From the NCBI GenBank assembly GCA_951406725.2, contig OX597820.1, forward strand, positions 123,566,001-123,630,000: a stretch of 64,000 nucleotides of DNA, read 5' to 3'. Below the pieces are notes generated by a model. The model was not told the DNA's origin, did not search any database, and was given only the letters and a program-made list of their open reading frames with translations. The DNA is from Octopus vulgaris (taxonomy: Eukaryota). A program made the translations under genes and the position numbers. Below are positions 28,313 through 42,515 of the stretch, piece by piece (position 1 is the stretch's first letter; every line of letters begins with the position of its first letter).

Positions 28313-28910
28313 ATTTTGGTCTTCCGTGAGCAAGCGCGGCACAAATTTTGTTGCAACTTTTTATCATTCGGAATTCCTCGGTGAAAATTCGTTGGCAGGA
28401 TCTCCAGGACACACCAGTCATATCAACAAGTTTCGTCAATTGTTTGGCGACGGTTCTCCAAGATCAGTTCACGAGTTTTCCTGATGTTTTCCTTCGTCCG
28501 GAGATCGACAGTCGCCCTGAACAAGGTTGGTCTTCAAACGATGAGTGAACATTCCTAAAGCGTGAAAACGTCTTGAATTTTTGTTTTGCTCATGGCAGCG
28601 TTCTTGTAAGCTTTTTGAAGCATGTCAACTCTTTCCGTCGTTCCCTTGCATAGCAGAAAATAGAATTTCACGGAAGCACACTGTTTCTCGCTTTCAGTCA
28701 TCGCAAAAGTCGACGAACAGGGGAGAAGCACTGCAAAACAAAGATGCACCACGTGGCAGTACGACCCCAATCAACGACACCGGTCAGCAGACTGATGACT
28801 GAGGGTCGCATCAAGTGACTTCTACCGGCGGAACTGGACTACAACGGGCTTATTTATTATTATTTATTATTTCTCACAGAGAACGTTTCCAGTTACTTTT
28901 GAGTACTCTC
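28313..28910 (-). mobile_element. Mariner transposase 5' fragment
   Basis: MTESEKQCASVKFYFLLCKGTTERVDMLQKAYKNAAMSKT and LVDMTGVSWRSCQRIFTEE...KFVPRLLTEDQ (HTH region and WVPHEL-type motif). Truncated at (TACA)n. Confidence 0.8.
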
Positions 28911-28983
28911 TCATAAACATTCGTGTATATGTATACACACACACATCCAAACACACATACATTAATACTAGCCAAAGATCTGT

Positions 28984-29292
28984 TACTGAATATCTCTCTT
29001 TGAGATATTTAGAAATAATAATGTTTATATTTATTAGATCAGTGATGTGAGTAACTTTGAAAGTTATATATTTTCGAACGGGAATTCAGCAGCGCCGTCT
29101 GGCTCAGCTGCTCAGTGTTGACAAAAGGCAATAACCTTCAAACCGGTCTACAAATGTTGTGTCATATAGCCAGCTAGAGACGACATTTCCTGGGGCTAAA
29201 CAACGGGGCTGTTGTTTATGTTGGCAAATAGTCTTTACTTGAAAGTACCGCTACTGAATATCTCTCTTAGAGATATTTAGAAATAATGTTTA
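28984..29292 (+). mobile_element. Penelope-type pLTR remnant with U3-A8 HHR motif (29115-29151) and terminal direct repeats
   Basis: GTG-TTGACAA-AAGG caataa CCTT-cAAA-CCGG-TC-TAC (G12 mutated). TACTGAATATCTCTCTT(T/A)GAGATATTTAGAAATAAT occurs at ~28985 and ~29252. Shares a TAGCC...CCTGGGGCTA hairpin with 18.9/19.2 kb. Confidence 0.55.
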
Positions 29293-31555
29293 TACACACA
29301 CACACACACATACACACACACACACAGTGATACATATATATGGTCCAAAAGTAGAAAGCACAATGACGATTCGTTAGGATATTTATAATGTAAGTATTCA
29401 AATTAATTAGATTTATACTTCCGTGGGTTGACTACGTACGAACTAAGGACATTTCGGTTGGTGCATCAATGTTATATCGACCCAACTATTTCTAGTTTAC
29501 ATAGACATTGAGAAAAGATGTGTCGCAATGCGCGTGGGTGTATACAAGTGTATGTTTTAATAGAATTGTATGCTAGTGTCTGAGTGTATGTGCGTGTGTA
29601 TATGTGCATGTGTGTGTGTGTGTGAGCATGGGTGAATGTGTGCGTGTACGTGCGTGAGTTTGTTCTTTTAAATGAATGCGAAAAAAAAATATTTGTTATA
29701 GATAATCCCCCGAGCAGTTTATTTTGCATTGTCGCAAGCTAAAGGGAAATTAAATTGAACATTTTTTTTGTGTGTGTAAGCAAATAAGAATAAATTAAAA
29801 CAATTAAGATTTTCATTATAATAGCAACGAGACATTAATGTTATTTACAGTTGAAGTAAGACCGGCTGTAATTGATGGAACGGTAGATTAGCGGCTGAAT
29901 TATTGGCAAAGTTTAACCGTCACCACCATGTTGTTAATGTTGTTTTTATTGCTGTGGTTATTGTTTTTTTTTACCTTATAACCCGAGGCAAATCATAATC
30001 AATATATCTTCCGTTTCTTCATTTTGTTGAGGAACGATTTATTTAAAGGTGTATAATGGTCAAATGGTTTAGAAGTTTACTCTGAAGTTACAAGATCACT
30101 GGCTTTGCCCCATGGCGTAGTATCGTAGTTAAATGTCATATTCTATAACCTTGAGTCGATCCAAGGAGTAAATTTGAGTCGAGTGAAAATGTATAGAAGA
30201 GCATGAGGTTATTTATGCGCGTTATTCAAAAGCAGAGACTTTTAAGATACTGAGTGACATTTCATCAGCTTGAAAATTACGGGTACACACCCCCGTGGTA
30301 CGTACATCCATTTACACGTCATTTCATAGACAACTGCATCCTCATCGAATAATGAATATCATTACATGCCCGTTTATTATTTTTTCTGTCTCATTAACAA
30401 CCCCACGTGATTTGACAAAGGGAGATTCCTGTTCGTAAGGGTAGTTTTAAAAAATAATGGTAAAAATGTCATTATAATTTTCAGAATACAGTAACGCTTG
30501 TGCTGTGATATACGCCTACCAAATAATTTATAAGCTATTAACAAAGAATTTACTCGACGTTTTTGTAAGAATTTTTACTGCGAAAGCGCCTTAGGATGAA
30601 AGTTAAACATCGAACTTTTGTTTATGTATTTCCGGTTGATCAATTTCGATTAATTTTTTTCTAATACTTGTCTAATATGATCTTAGTTTAATACCAAGGA
30701 TAATAGCTGTCTCCACTTGAGAAGCATGACCATGATACGATGCATAAATATGAAAGTTTTGGTGTTTGTAGAGAAGGGCAATAAAAGTCTATGGAAAGTT
30801 TTTTGTTTTTCTTACATTTTACTGTTTTGAAAGGAGATATTTAGTGTAAATAAAATTAATACGTATATTAAGAAAAAATATAAAACGACACCCACACGCA
30901 TATTCTCATACAAATTTAGAGATACAGTCAAATAGCCACACAATAAATAAATACATACACACGAACATATATGCACACACACGCACGCACGTACGCACGC
31001 ACGCACGCACGCACACACACTCACACAAACACACACACAAACACACACGTATTCGACCGTCTGCGCTCACGATTCGGTTTCCCCTGACAAGTCTATGAAA
31101 CTATGTTGCATGAAGGGGAATTAAACAGTTTTAAGGAACACGCATTTTGAATATATGAAATATTCAACATTCTAATTAACTACTATTTTTATAAAATCTT
31201 TCATAAATAAAAGATGATTAAAGTTTGAATTAGACGAAATACACCTTTAACTATATAAATGATGGAAACTCACACAAAATATATTTACATACACGCATAC
31301 ACACTCAACGATACACGCAGATATACAAATATATATATATGTGCGCCTCTGAGTGTCTGTGTGTGTGTATCTGTGCGTGCATGTGTGTGTGTGTGTGTGT
31401 GACTCTATATAAAGAAAATACACGGACGCCTATATACATATATATGTATGTGTGTATTTGTATGCATGTAGACCCTACTAAATGTGCTGAGTGCCTCTTT
31501 CTCTCGTTTCTACACTCACTCGTGTAAATATATATATATATATAAATATATATAC

Positions 31556-31619
<64 letters not shown>

Positions 31620-32404
31620 AAGGGTTTAGCAACGATATATATATATAATTTATAATATAGTCAAAGAGTTATAGCTATTTCTTCTACTAAAAAGGGAAAC
31701 GTCGAAAGATATAAAAGGTTAAACGATTCGAAATCGATTGTAAGAAGAGTTAATGAAAATTAAAAGTAAATTACTTGGTAATATTTGTTTTGTTTTTTCT
31801 TCAATGTTGTTGCTGTTGTTCTTTTATCAGGCCAATATTGGAGAGATGAAAGAACACCAGCCAGAACAACAATTAAAAACAAAAACCAAAGAAAACAAGA
31901 AAAACAATGAAATTGATAAAAACATTAAATGAAATATTTTGTAAATATTTTCATAGTCTTCAAATAGGTTGGACATTTTCCTTTTTTCTATCTGTCTGTC
32001 TGTCTCTCTCTCTTTTACTTTGGTAAGGTTTGGCAGGTAGTAGTAGATCTGAAGAAATAGTGTTTATGGGTGCAGAAAAATGCTTGTCTCTGAAGTTTGA
32101 TGGTCTAAGCAGCAGCAGCAGCAGCAGCAAACGAGGTAGGAGACGGCAAAGAAGGAGAAGAAGAAGAAATAGACAAAGAAGGAAAGAAAAGGAAAATACG
32201 GGAGTGGTATGACCCAGTAGTAGGGCTGTCTGAGGAATATGCCCTAATGGTCAAGTGACTTAAAAGTGACCTGTTGTTGTAGCATAAGTGGTAGGAACTG
32301 TTTTAAATAAATTCATTCGTAGCGACTGTTCTTAATATGTCTACCGTTTTTAATATTTGTGTGGTTGTTATTCTAAGTTTATTGTAGCAGTGTCAACTGT
32401 GGTA

Positions 32405-32945
32405 GAATCATTGAAAAGAGGTTTATATTTTGCGATAAAATATAATTGTTTGTTTCATGCGCTGATTATAAGTTGCATTATCCCAAAATTTATAGAGGGG
32501 AAAATTCTAAATTTGGGTTGTTAATTAGTGATGCAATTGTCAATGTGTTCACTTAATGCTAGTTTTCTGTATTAGCATATTTTAATCTGAGATCTATGTA
32601 CGGTCATCCTCTGGCGTAGACTGTTTTTAGTTTGACCAATGTATTGATCTCGACACCCTGAGCAAATTATCACATATATTAGCTTTTCTGAAGCACAAAT
32701 TTTGTTGCTTTTCACTGTAAAACGTTGACTCTGTTTGAAGAACTCCGATCCCTGAATTAGGTTGGCGCATCTACCACAATTAGATCTTCCGCGTCTTTTT
32801 ACTTTTGGTTTCGCTGTTGCTGACGAGTGTACTTGGGATTGTGTTAGACTTCTCATTGATTTGGGATGTCTTTTGCTCTTTATGATGGTGTACGTTTCGA
32901 GGATTTGATTCATACTATGGTCCCTTTTTAGTTAAGGCATGTTCT
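32405..32945 (-). mobile_element. Penelope-like GIY-YIG endonuclease fragment
   Basis: ORF 32572-32913: IIKSKRHPKSMRSLTQ...NCGRCANLIQG...ICASEKLIYVIICSGCRDQYIGQTKNSLRQRMTVHRSQI. Confidence 0.85.
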
Positions 32946-32991
32946 AGATGATGGTGTCGAAGTGAGAACCTAGGTTTAAAATTTCCCTATG

Positions 32992-33034
32992 ACACTTGAT
33001 GAAGGCTGGCGGGTATACAGCCGATACGATGTGT
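32992..33034 (+). ncRNA. Degenerate type I HHR motif in pLTR-like sequence opposite the GIY-YIG fragment
   Basis: ACAC-tTGATGA-A-GGCTG gcgggtata CAGCC-GAtA-CG-aT-GTGT. Stems intact, three core lesions. Confidence 0.5.
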
Positions 33035-33241
33035 TAACAACAAACAAGATGAGGACAAATATCCGTCAAATGTAAATAATGAATTATTTATTCAGATCTT
33101 CTACTACCTACCGAGGCTTCCCATAGGGAAAGAGAGACAGAGAAAGGTAAAAATGTCCTATTTATTTGAAGACTACGGAAGTATTTACAAAACATTTCTT
33201 TAAATTTTTTCGTCAATTTCATTGTTTTTCTTGTATTACTC

Positions 33242-33279
33242 TTAGTTGAAAACGTCGAACAGACTGAAACTGGTACTAA
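33242..33279 (+). ncRNA. Minimal type I HHR motif, U3-A8 variant
   Basis: TTAG-TTGAAAA-CGTC gaaca GACT-GAAA-CTGG-TA-CTAA. Confidence 0.65.
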
Positions 33280-33639
33280 TCTCCGTAAAATGTGTTTCAT
33301 TATAACTTCATTTTAGCATTTTCTAATTTGCGTTGTTTTCCTTATACATATCAACTCGTGTGCTACTTTTTAACCTTCTATACACACACATACACACACA
33401 CACACAGAAACACAAACAGGCACACATACACATATGTATTTGCATTATCAACTTACGTACATACGTAATTACATACTTAAGGAGTTTATATAGTAATAGA
33501 CGATATCATTTTTGATTGGTTACATGGTTATCTCGTTAGATCATATAGAAAGAGAGAGAAGAGAAAGAGGAAGAGAGAAAGAAAGAAGGAATAAAGAAAG
33601 GAAGAGAAACATATATCAAATGCTAGCCGTATTTCGCCT

Positions 33640-33800
33640 GCCGTTAGGTTCTGAGTTCAAATTCGGCCAAGGTCGACTTTGCCTTTCATACTTTCGGGGT
33701 CGATAAGTTAAGTACCAGTTACGCACTGGGGGCGAGGAATGAACTTAATCCATTTCTCTGTCCTTGTTTGTCCCCTCTATGTTTAGCCCCTTGTGGGTTA
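33640..33800 (+). mobile_element. SINE family D fragment (GGTCGACTTTGCCTTTCAT...GGGGTCGATAA...GTACCAG central domain)
   Basis: B-box GAGTTCAAATTC plus a central domain shared with the 59.1-59.8 kb cluster. Confidence 0.7.
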
Positions 33801-34374
33801 AAGAATCAGATATGTGCACACATTAAGCTTCATTGCTGACATGAGAAAGCCGATTGACAGTGAGGGAGAAAGAATCATAGATACAGGGGAGCAGAATGAG
33901 TAAATGTAAATGTCAGTATATATACCAAAATATATCGTTTTATTTACTTTTACGTGAAGGCAATGCATATTTTTCTTTTGAAAATTACTATTAAGGTCTA
34001 GTATTCATTTTGCATATATGTATTGCATATATACCGTATTTTCTCATATTCCTCCTGGTGACAAAGGTATACTTTCCAAATTACCCGTCCTATGACGGGT
34101 AATATGCTAGTATATACCTAAACAATAACATACATTTGATGCTCGCATTTATTAATCATTAAAGAATCGATTGTGATAACAATTAGAATGATTGACTGTG
34201 TCTAAGCACGTTCAATAAAGATAACACATTTGAATTAGGGAATTTAATTATGAGAGTTAATTATTCTTAGTGCTTTATGCGAAATCGCTTATTATTTCAG
34301 AATCCCAATATGTGAGATAGTGTGTATATGTGTTGCATGGAATGAACGTGAGCGTGTGTGTGAAAATTTGTAGC

Positions 34375-34456
<82 letters not shown>

Positions 34457-34466
34457 TGTGTGTGTA

Positions 34467-34504
<38 letters not shown>

Positions 34505-34775
34505 AAAGAGAGAGAATGAGAGAGAGGATTTACGTTCGAAAATCACGAAAACTCACACATATAGAGGCGAACGCACATGCGGACATACGCACACACACAC
34601 ACGCACACACACACTGATATATAAATATAGCTAGATATAAATAAATGGGTGACTAGAAAGATTGGTAAGACGGCTATCTCTCACTCTCTCTTACTATATA
34701 TATATATATATAAATATATATATGCATATATACTTTTCTATCTATCTATCTGTCTATCTCTCTGTTTATCTAACA

Positions 34776-34825
<50 letters not shown>

Positions 34826-34873
34826 ATCTATATCTATCAATCTATCTATCTATCAATCAATCTATCTATCTAT

Positions 34874-35374
34874 TTCTTCAAGTATCACTTGAAGAGGAAA
34901 GTGAGAGTAGAGAGGCAAGTTTTGTCTAGTGAATGTTTTAAAAAAAGATGGGTGAATGTAGCAAGGATGGCACGTATGAATGATGAAGCCACCCTTGACT
35001 ATGATTCTATGAACCGTAAAAATTAATACAGAGAGTTGCTTATTTGCAAAAAAAAAAAGGAAGAAATATAACGTGACTTCATTGACCGAGGTTACCGTGG
35101 TCTTTTCCGTAGGCTTTTCTTTCCACGGGTAAACCTCACCTGTCCTCCCCTTTACACTTCATATTGACATTTCTGTGATTACGATCCCTATTGATCAACT
35201 TTTTTTCCTCCCCCCCCCCCTTTTTTAAAATCCTCCTCTTTTTTATCCTCTTTCTTTCCTTTTACGATCCCTTTTGATCGAAAACCAACCCCCCTTTTTT
35301 TACCCCCAAAAGAAAAGCTCTACCTTGTAATTTGTTCTGTCTGTGTGCAGCCCTGTGTGGCTAATAAAGAAACA
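34874..35374 (+). mobile_element. 5'-truncated copy of the Tx1-like LINE embedded in (TATC)n
   Basis: Aligns to 1235-1752 (FFKYHLKRKVRVERQVLSSECFKKRW...), with the same 3' end AATAAAGAAACA and (TATC)n on both sides. Confidence 0.92.
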
Positions 35375-35418
<44 letters not shown>

Positions 35419-35534
35419 CATCCATCTATCTATCTATCTATCTATCTCTATCTCTCTCTCTCTGTATATATATATATATATATATATATGTACGCATATG
35501 TAGATATATGTATGTATATATATATATCTTTTAC

Positions 35535-35790
35535 CTTTTTATTGTTTCAGTCATTAGACTGCAGCCATGCTGGGGCAGCATGTGGAAGAATTTTAGTCGG
35601 ACAAATCAATTCCCGTACTTTATTTTAAGCGTTATACTTATCCTATCGGTCGCTTGCCAAACCAATAAATTACGCAGGCGTATACACACCAAAGGTGCTG
35701 GGGCCAAAGGCACAGACAAAGTCACACACACATACACACACACAATCACAAACACACACACACAGATACACACAACTATCTCCATCATTG
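35535..35790 (-). mobile_element. Degenerate SINE family A 3' part
   Basis: TGTTTCAGTCATTAGACTGCAGCCATGCTGG tail motif. Confidence 0.6.
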
Positions 35791-36582
35791 ACAAATGAGT
35801 ATTACTTGCATATTACATATCTTCGCTAATAGTTTCGGCCAGTAAATGATGATTCAGCCTTCTGAATTAATTAATCTCTTTTGATATTCTCCAGTAGGCG
35901 TAGAAAATCCTTTGGAAAATGTCTTTGTGAATTTCACTAACGTCCTACCAAGCATTATGCCATACAAATGCTTCCACAGTTTCTGCAAATATTCCGTCCT
36001 TATCGGAACGTCGAAACACTTCAATGGAACAGCCTACCTATTAAGATATGTTACGTGAAATATAATCGAAATCAAGGACAGATAATTCAGTCATCTCAGA
36101 GATATCGAAGATTAGGGAACAACTTAAGTCATAAATCTCCTTTGTTCATGAGTGATAACACGTAATTATTGTTCGAACTTATCATATTGGGCCGATATAC
36201 TTAATTTAATGATGCTTAATACAAACAAACAATAAAGAAAACAGACCTGAGTTTTATCTTTTAATAGTAAATAATACGTAAAAGGAAAAGTAATTAGAGA
36301 TTTGGGAGCGGTGTTATTGTAATATACACACGCACACACAGGCACAAACATATACAGGACACATACACACGCGCACACACGGAGAAAGACATATACGCAC
36401 AGACACGCACAAACATATACGGAACACATACACACACACGCAGGGACACATATACGCACTGACACATAGCTAATGAAAGAAACCTTAAGTGCGCTATTGA
36501 AGGGCCAGAATAGCAGTCAAATTTCCAATAAATCACATGCGTTTCACTTGTAGAATGAAATACCCATTGTATGACGTAGTCC

Positions 36583-36975
36583 TTACTCTTTTACTCTTTT
36601 ACTTGTTTCAGTCATTTGACTGCGGCCATGCTGGAGCACCGCCTTTAATCGAGCAACTCGACCCCGGGACTTATTCTTTGTAAGCTCAGTACTTATTCTA
36701 TCGGTCTCTTTTGCCGAACCACTAGGCGACGGGGACGTAAACACACCAGCATCGGTTGTCAAGCAATGCTAGGGGAACAAACACAAACACACACATACAT
36801 ATATATATACATATATACGACAGGCTTCTTTCAGTTTCCGTCTACCAAATTCACTCACAAGGCATTGGTCGGCCCGGGGCTATAGCAGAAGACACTTGCC
36901 CAAGATGCCACGTAGTGGGACTGAACCCGGAACCATGTGGTTGGTTAGCAAGCTACTTACCACACAGCCACTCCT
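36583..36975 (-). mobile_element. SINE family A, full length, young
   Basis: Near-identical to 48105-48516, with a (TTACTCTT)n tail. Confidence 0.9.
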
Positions 36976-37433
36976 ATATTACATTATAGATGAAAGCAAA
37001 ATTCAGGAGACCACGACTGTAATATTTCGAACATAGGCTCTGTTTAATTAAAGCTGACATGGAACTATGCAAGAACATTGATAAGAAAAACGCACTAACA
37101 ATTTTGTGTGAAAACGCGTGCGCGCGCACACACACGACATGCACACACACATACACCCCTATACACATGAATGCAAACTCCAAAACGTTTTCCCCCAAAT
37201 TACTATTTTTAGAAAGTCTATATCATTTGGCACGGTCTAATAGAATGGAAATGTAGAAGTGGGTATGGAGTTGAGAAAATTGCTTCACTGCCATATGATC
37301 TTACCTGCAATTCTACTTCGCAGGATTTTGGGCAAATGCCTTCTATTATGGGTCCTGTGAGTGGATTTGTTAAACGGATCCTGGAAGGAGCTCGGTGTTT
37401 TTTATGTATGTATGCATGTATTTGTATATATGT

Positions 37434-37661
37434 ATTTGCTGGACATTGTTGTAGAACTGAAAACGAGACAATTTCTACTCTTCTCCTCTGGAAGCCATCT
37501 ACTCGCGATACCAGAAGGCACACTTTCCAACCCTGATGTAATCTACAGGGCTACAGGCATCCAGCAACAGGACCTCCGTAATGTTATGATGGGCCGTGAA
37601 GCCTGGCGTAGCATGGTAAATTCCATTGTCTCGACCTCGGTCGAACAATGATGATGATGAT
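37434..37661 (+). mobile_element. RTE-clade LINE 3' end with (TGA)n tail
   Basis: FAGHCCRTENETISTLLLWKPS.../PDVIYRATGIQQQDLRNVMMGREAWRSMVN*, followed by TGATGATGATGA. Confidence 0.75.
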
Positions 37662-37663
37662 TT

Positions 37664-37714
<51 letters not shown>

Positions 37715-38009
37715 CATAAAGCGAATGGTGTAGACCTCGTAGCTTACTGGTAAAGTGCGGTCGCTTTCACAGTGATCGTTATGTATATGGTAAATGAAAG
37801 ACGGAAGAAGTAATAAACGGTTATTTATTAGTCACGGCAATTGTTCCGATACATCTAGCATCAAATCCTCCACGGGTGGAATACTCAAGAACTAGTCCAG
37901 GAGAATCCGGCGGTGCACATGTATCTCATCGAGTGATGAATAGACAAAACCCGTTAAAATAACAGTTCCGCAATGTAACTTACAGAATTGAACCTTCAGA
38001 CGAGATTCA

Positions 38010-38208
38010 CAGGGTGTTCAAAAAGTTTCTCTGCAGTGAATTCAGCCCAGGAAGCGCTCACACGACAGTAAGAAAGAAATTGAATTTTATGTATTGAAAA
38101 TGAAGGACGACACTTTCAACACCTCTTATAAAGTCTAATATATTATTTTGTCTTATACCATCTTTTGCAATAATGTACTTAATGCGGAGAGACTTTTTGA
38201 ACACCCTG
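38010..38208. mobile_element. Tc1/mariner MITE-like deletion derivative
   Basis: TIRs CAGGGTGTTCAAAAAGT(T/C)TCTC(T/C)GCA with TA at the right end. Internal ENEGRHFQHLL* is a transposase C-terminus. Confidence 0.8.
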
Positions 38209-38549
38209 TATAAGAGTCTGCATTGCCTCATTCATATTTTATCCTTATCTTGTTTCCATCAATAGACTGCGGATATGTTGGGACAGTATCTGAAAAGGTT
38301 TAATCGAACGAGTCGACCTCATCGCGTTTCTTTTCTTTTTTGTTTAACGTCTGGTACTTATTCTGTGGGGCGTTTTTCACGGAGACATAAAACAACACAG
38401 GTTTTCAAGCCGTGGTGGGGTGACAAAAAAACCACCCTTACACACATACATATATACATAAATATATATATATTTTTAATAGAAAGAAACATACATACAC
38501 ACACACAGAGACACATACACATATATATATAATAGTAATAACAGGAAAA

Positions 38550-38742
38550 GGATTTTGGTATTAAATCTTTATTGGGCACTACATATGTTTCGATCCATCA
38601 GTCTCTGGGTCTCGTTAGGTACATCAATAAAGCTCAAATTAAAAATATGTAGTGCGACATATCTTTATTGACGTACCTGATGAGACCCAGAATGATGGGT
38701 CAAAACATATGTTGAACCTAATAAAGATTTAATACTGAATCC
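38550..38742. mobile_element. Foldback element with two head-to-head HHR motifs (38567-38632 minus, 38663-38726 plus)
   Basis: Plus: CTTTATTGACGTAC-CTGATGA-GACCCA gaatga TGGGTC-aAAA-CATATG-TT. Minus: ...GTAC-CTaACGA-GACCCA...TGGATC-GAAA-CATATG-TA-GTGC. Confidence 0.8.
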
Positions 38743-38902
38743 ATCTCCCGTTAATCAATATTATTGCCCTAACTGCCACTACGGTGTTACTGAAGTAGAT
38801 CCAACAGGAGTGTACCACAACTGCGGATGACAAGAGATAGCTTAAACTGTGCCGGTGCTCTACAACACTAATCGATCTAATCGTCTTTGTCAAAATTATT
38901 GT

Positions 38903-38953
<51 letters not shown>

Positions 38954-38955
<2 letters not shown>

Positions 38956-39160
38956 GGAGTAAACACATAAATGTGAAACAAGGTGGAAAAAAGAGTAATC
39001 AAATACCAGTGGTAGAGTAATATGCTTTATTTAAAGCAGCAGAAAATTCAATAAAAACCTGTTACTCTGAGTTTCCCGTTGCCGTTCATCGGACAGTTTT
39101 GAACGGCAACGGAAACTCAGAGTAACAGGTTTTGTTGAATTTTCTGCTGTTTTAAATGAA

Positions 39161-39162
<2 letters not shown>
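38954..39162. mobile_element. Foldback element between (TA)n tracts with U4C HHR motif (39059-39096 minus)
   Basis: Arms 39030-39088 and 39100-39156. Minus strand CTGT-CCGATGA-ACG gcaa CGG-GAAA-CTCAGAG-TA-ACAG. Confidence 0.75.
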
Positions 39163-39213
<51 letters not shown>

Positions 39214-39549
39214 ACAAAATTGGACAAGAACGCAAAACATCCAGACAGTTAGGTGATACAAAAAAGGGACAACAAAGCATCCATAGATATAGATAAAGTA
39301 AGAGGAGAGTTATAATATCCAGGCAGCTACCGAATTTCTCTGTGTAAAATGCCAAGGCTAGTTCCTTCAGACGATGCGTTTGATGGTAAACTTCATTTAA
39401 CACCCATCCGAAGTTACAGATTATTTCTTGGCTACTTAGAGAGTAAATTACAGTAATGATAATTAGGAGAAGGAGGAATTTGAACATTCAAACTCATGGA
39501 AATAAACATAAAGTTTGAATGTTTAAATTCTTCATTCTCCTTGTTATCA

Positions 39550-39628
<79 letters not shown>

Positions 39629-39694
39629 TATATATACACATACACACACCCACCGACACACACATATATATATATATATACATATAAATATACA

Positions 39695-40270
39695 TGATGG
39701 TCGCATCCTCGTTTTTTGAGCACGAGATGACGATTCCGGTACGTCAAGCGATGTTTGTGCGCGATGATTTTCAAAGGTGAGGACTTGAATTCAACCTGTT
39801 CTCCTTTCTGAATAACGATGACAGATACCTCCAAAACAAGAAACAGTTACCTCTTTGGTTGCCATCGAGTTGCAGGTTTAGATCACAGTTTTCCTTCTCC
39901 TAGAGTGATGTTCTAACAAGGATTATGGGTCAATCATAATTCTCATTCTCAAGGCTCACTGCTGACTGAACCTGTTCTACCTGCCCGTTGTTGAAAACGT
40001 CTTAATCCTCTGTGAAACTACTGCGTTTTCTGCGCCAAAGTCGCCAGTTTTTCGATGATTGCTGCAGGCACTACCGCAGTCCATGAGAAATAGCAGGACC
40101 AAAATAGTGTACACAGTACTGGATGACCGTTGACTTTATTGAGTTCTTCTGTCCATTGACAGGTTTCGCATTTCATCTTGCAATTTGCTCAACCTCCCTC
40201 CTCACTAAGCAAGCTTAGCACGTTTGCCATGTAGCTGCCGACGGTCTGATCATGTAGTAGGCTGATTGGA
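39695..40270 (-). mobile_element. Possible degenerate RTE-clade LINE 5' region
   Basis: Non-repetitive, GC-richer block containing CAGTTTTCCTTCTCCTAG, a motif I associate with RTE/BovB-like 5' UTRs. No clean ORF. Confidence 0.3.
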
Positions 40271-41654
40271 TTACATGTTACTCGTAATGCTCACAAATGG
40301 CCTCACACACACGTACACACACACGCGGACACACAATACATACAAGCGCACTACACAATACACACACACATGTACATATATTCATTCACACATGTATACA
40401 CACAAACATACATATATACATATATACATACATACATACATACATACATAAATACATACATAAACACGTATATATTTATTCACACATACATATATATTAC
40501 ATTTATATACCGCAGGTTTCCACTCCATTTATCAAATTTAGTAACAAAGTATTGATCGGCCCAGTAAAGTTCAGTCGCACAAACTGTCACGCCTTGGTAC
40601 TGAGCCCGAAATCTAAACGAATTCCTTAGCCACACAGCTATGCCTGGGCATAACGTTTCGACAAATTTGAACCCCGTGATATGAGTGGAATTCTCTTTTT
40701 TGTTTTGTTTTTGATTTTATACACCTGTATAGGGATATTTAGATTATTTCGGAGTTGTTCATCTCACTATATATGTGAGGCCCTTCAATATTTATAAACA
40801 TGTAGGGTTTATCACCTTTTCTTTAATAGACATTCACTCTCTCCAGCCATTGATTAATCTTTCTGAAACTGGATGCACCTCCATTATTCTGTTTCAATTA
40901 TGGAGCGGTCCATTCTTAATTGAACTAATCGATTCTTTTCTGAAACTATAGTAAAACATACAATACACACTCTGTACGGTTCAGTTAATTACCTTCTCCT
41001 AGGTTCCATAATTTAGCTAAAGCAACTGATGAAGAATACCGTATACAACGCAACCACATTACGACCGCATCGTAACCCCATCGCAACCCCATTAAAATCC
41101 GGTGTATCTCCACTAATAGTTAGCCTGCATTCATCTGTAAATATGAACAAAATAATCTGCAGTAACCTCATCAAGATAACCAATTATTGCAAGGGATGTT
41201 GAGACGCTAAAGGCTGCGTACACACTCACCTCGTCAAAACGAGATCGGAATATGAATAAAGAAATAGGGAAAAGGGGGCAATTCAAATAGAGCTACAATA
41301 ACACTGTTTCAAAGTAGCTTGTTAGAGTGTGTGAGAAAGAGAGTGAGAGAGACACAGAGAAGGAGTGGGATTGTGTGTGTGTAAGAGAGTGAGCAGAAGA
41401 AAGTTATGGATAAAAAAAGATAGGGAGAAAGAGAAACAAACAAAGAACTTAGAGAGAGTCAAAGCAGACCAGAGCGGAAAAAGCAAATATATTCTTAAGG
41501 GGTGCAAAGTAAAAACAAACAATATAAGAGAGGAGGAACACACATACATATATGCACACGCACACACACAAACACACATGCACACACACACACACACGCA
41601 GACATATATTTATATGAAGGCGTGTAAATGTACATACGTTTATATCTATCACAT

Positions 41655-41696
<42 letters not shown>

Positions 41697-41697
41697 A

Positions 41698-41748
<51 letters not shown>

Positions 41749-42378
41749 CATATAACATTTTCAAGGATGTGATTGATTGTAACCTCAAAATATCGGTTTG
41801 CTCACCTAATGAAGGCAAGCAACCCAAAAGGTTGAAGTCGCTGTCAAGTATTTTGTTGCAAAAGTTAATAAATACGTATATTATAATAGTTTTAAAATGT
41901 CTATTTTGTGGGAGTAACGATTATCAATAAAATATTTTTTTCACTCCCAGAATTATACTCAAGTTCTTTATTCCACGTAGTCGGACGTAGCTTCTTTTGA
42001 ACTTGTGATTCAATAGGACATACATACATGCACTCATAATCATATATATATTAAATATATATATATATATATAAATAAATATTAGAATAATTATATATAT
42101 ATATATATATGTATATGTGAAATAGAAAGATGAATAATCTTGTTGCAGATTAATCAAAAGTTTAACCGATACCTTGGTAGCAAAAATCACAGCAGAAGAC
42201 AGCACGGTTGGAGGTACAACCATATGGTGTTGCAACCGTGCGTTGGTGCGGATAATTGAATTTTAATATTATTAGTGAATTGAAGAAATGGAGTTGGACG
42301 AAGATTGAACAGAAATCGTTTTATTGCATTCTACACGTGTTTCGAAAGGCACAATTTACCAAATTCCGATTGAATGTG

Positions 42379-42515
<137 letters not shown>

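Noticed and set aside
28984-29292. CRISPR-like palindromic direct repeats
   Set aside because: Only two copies, ~267 bp apart, in a eukaryotic context. Better explained as a pLTR or target duplication.
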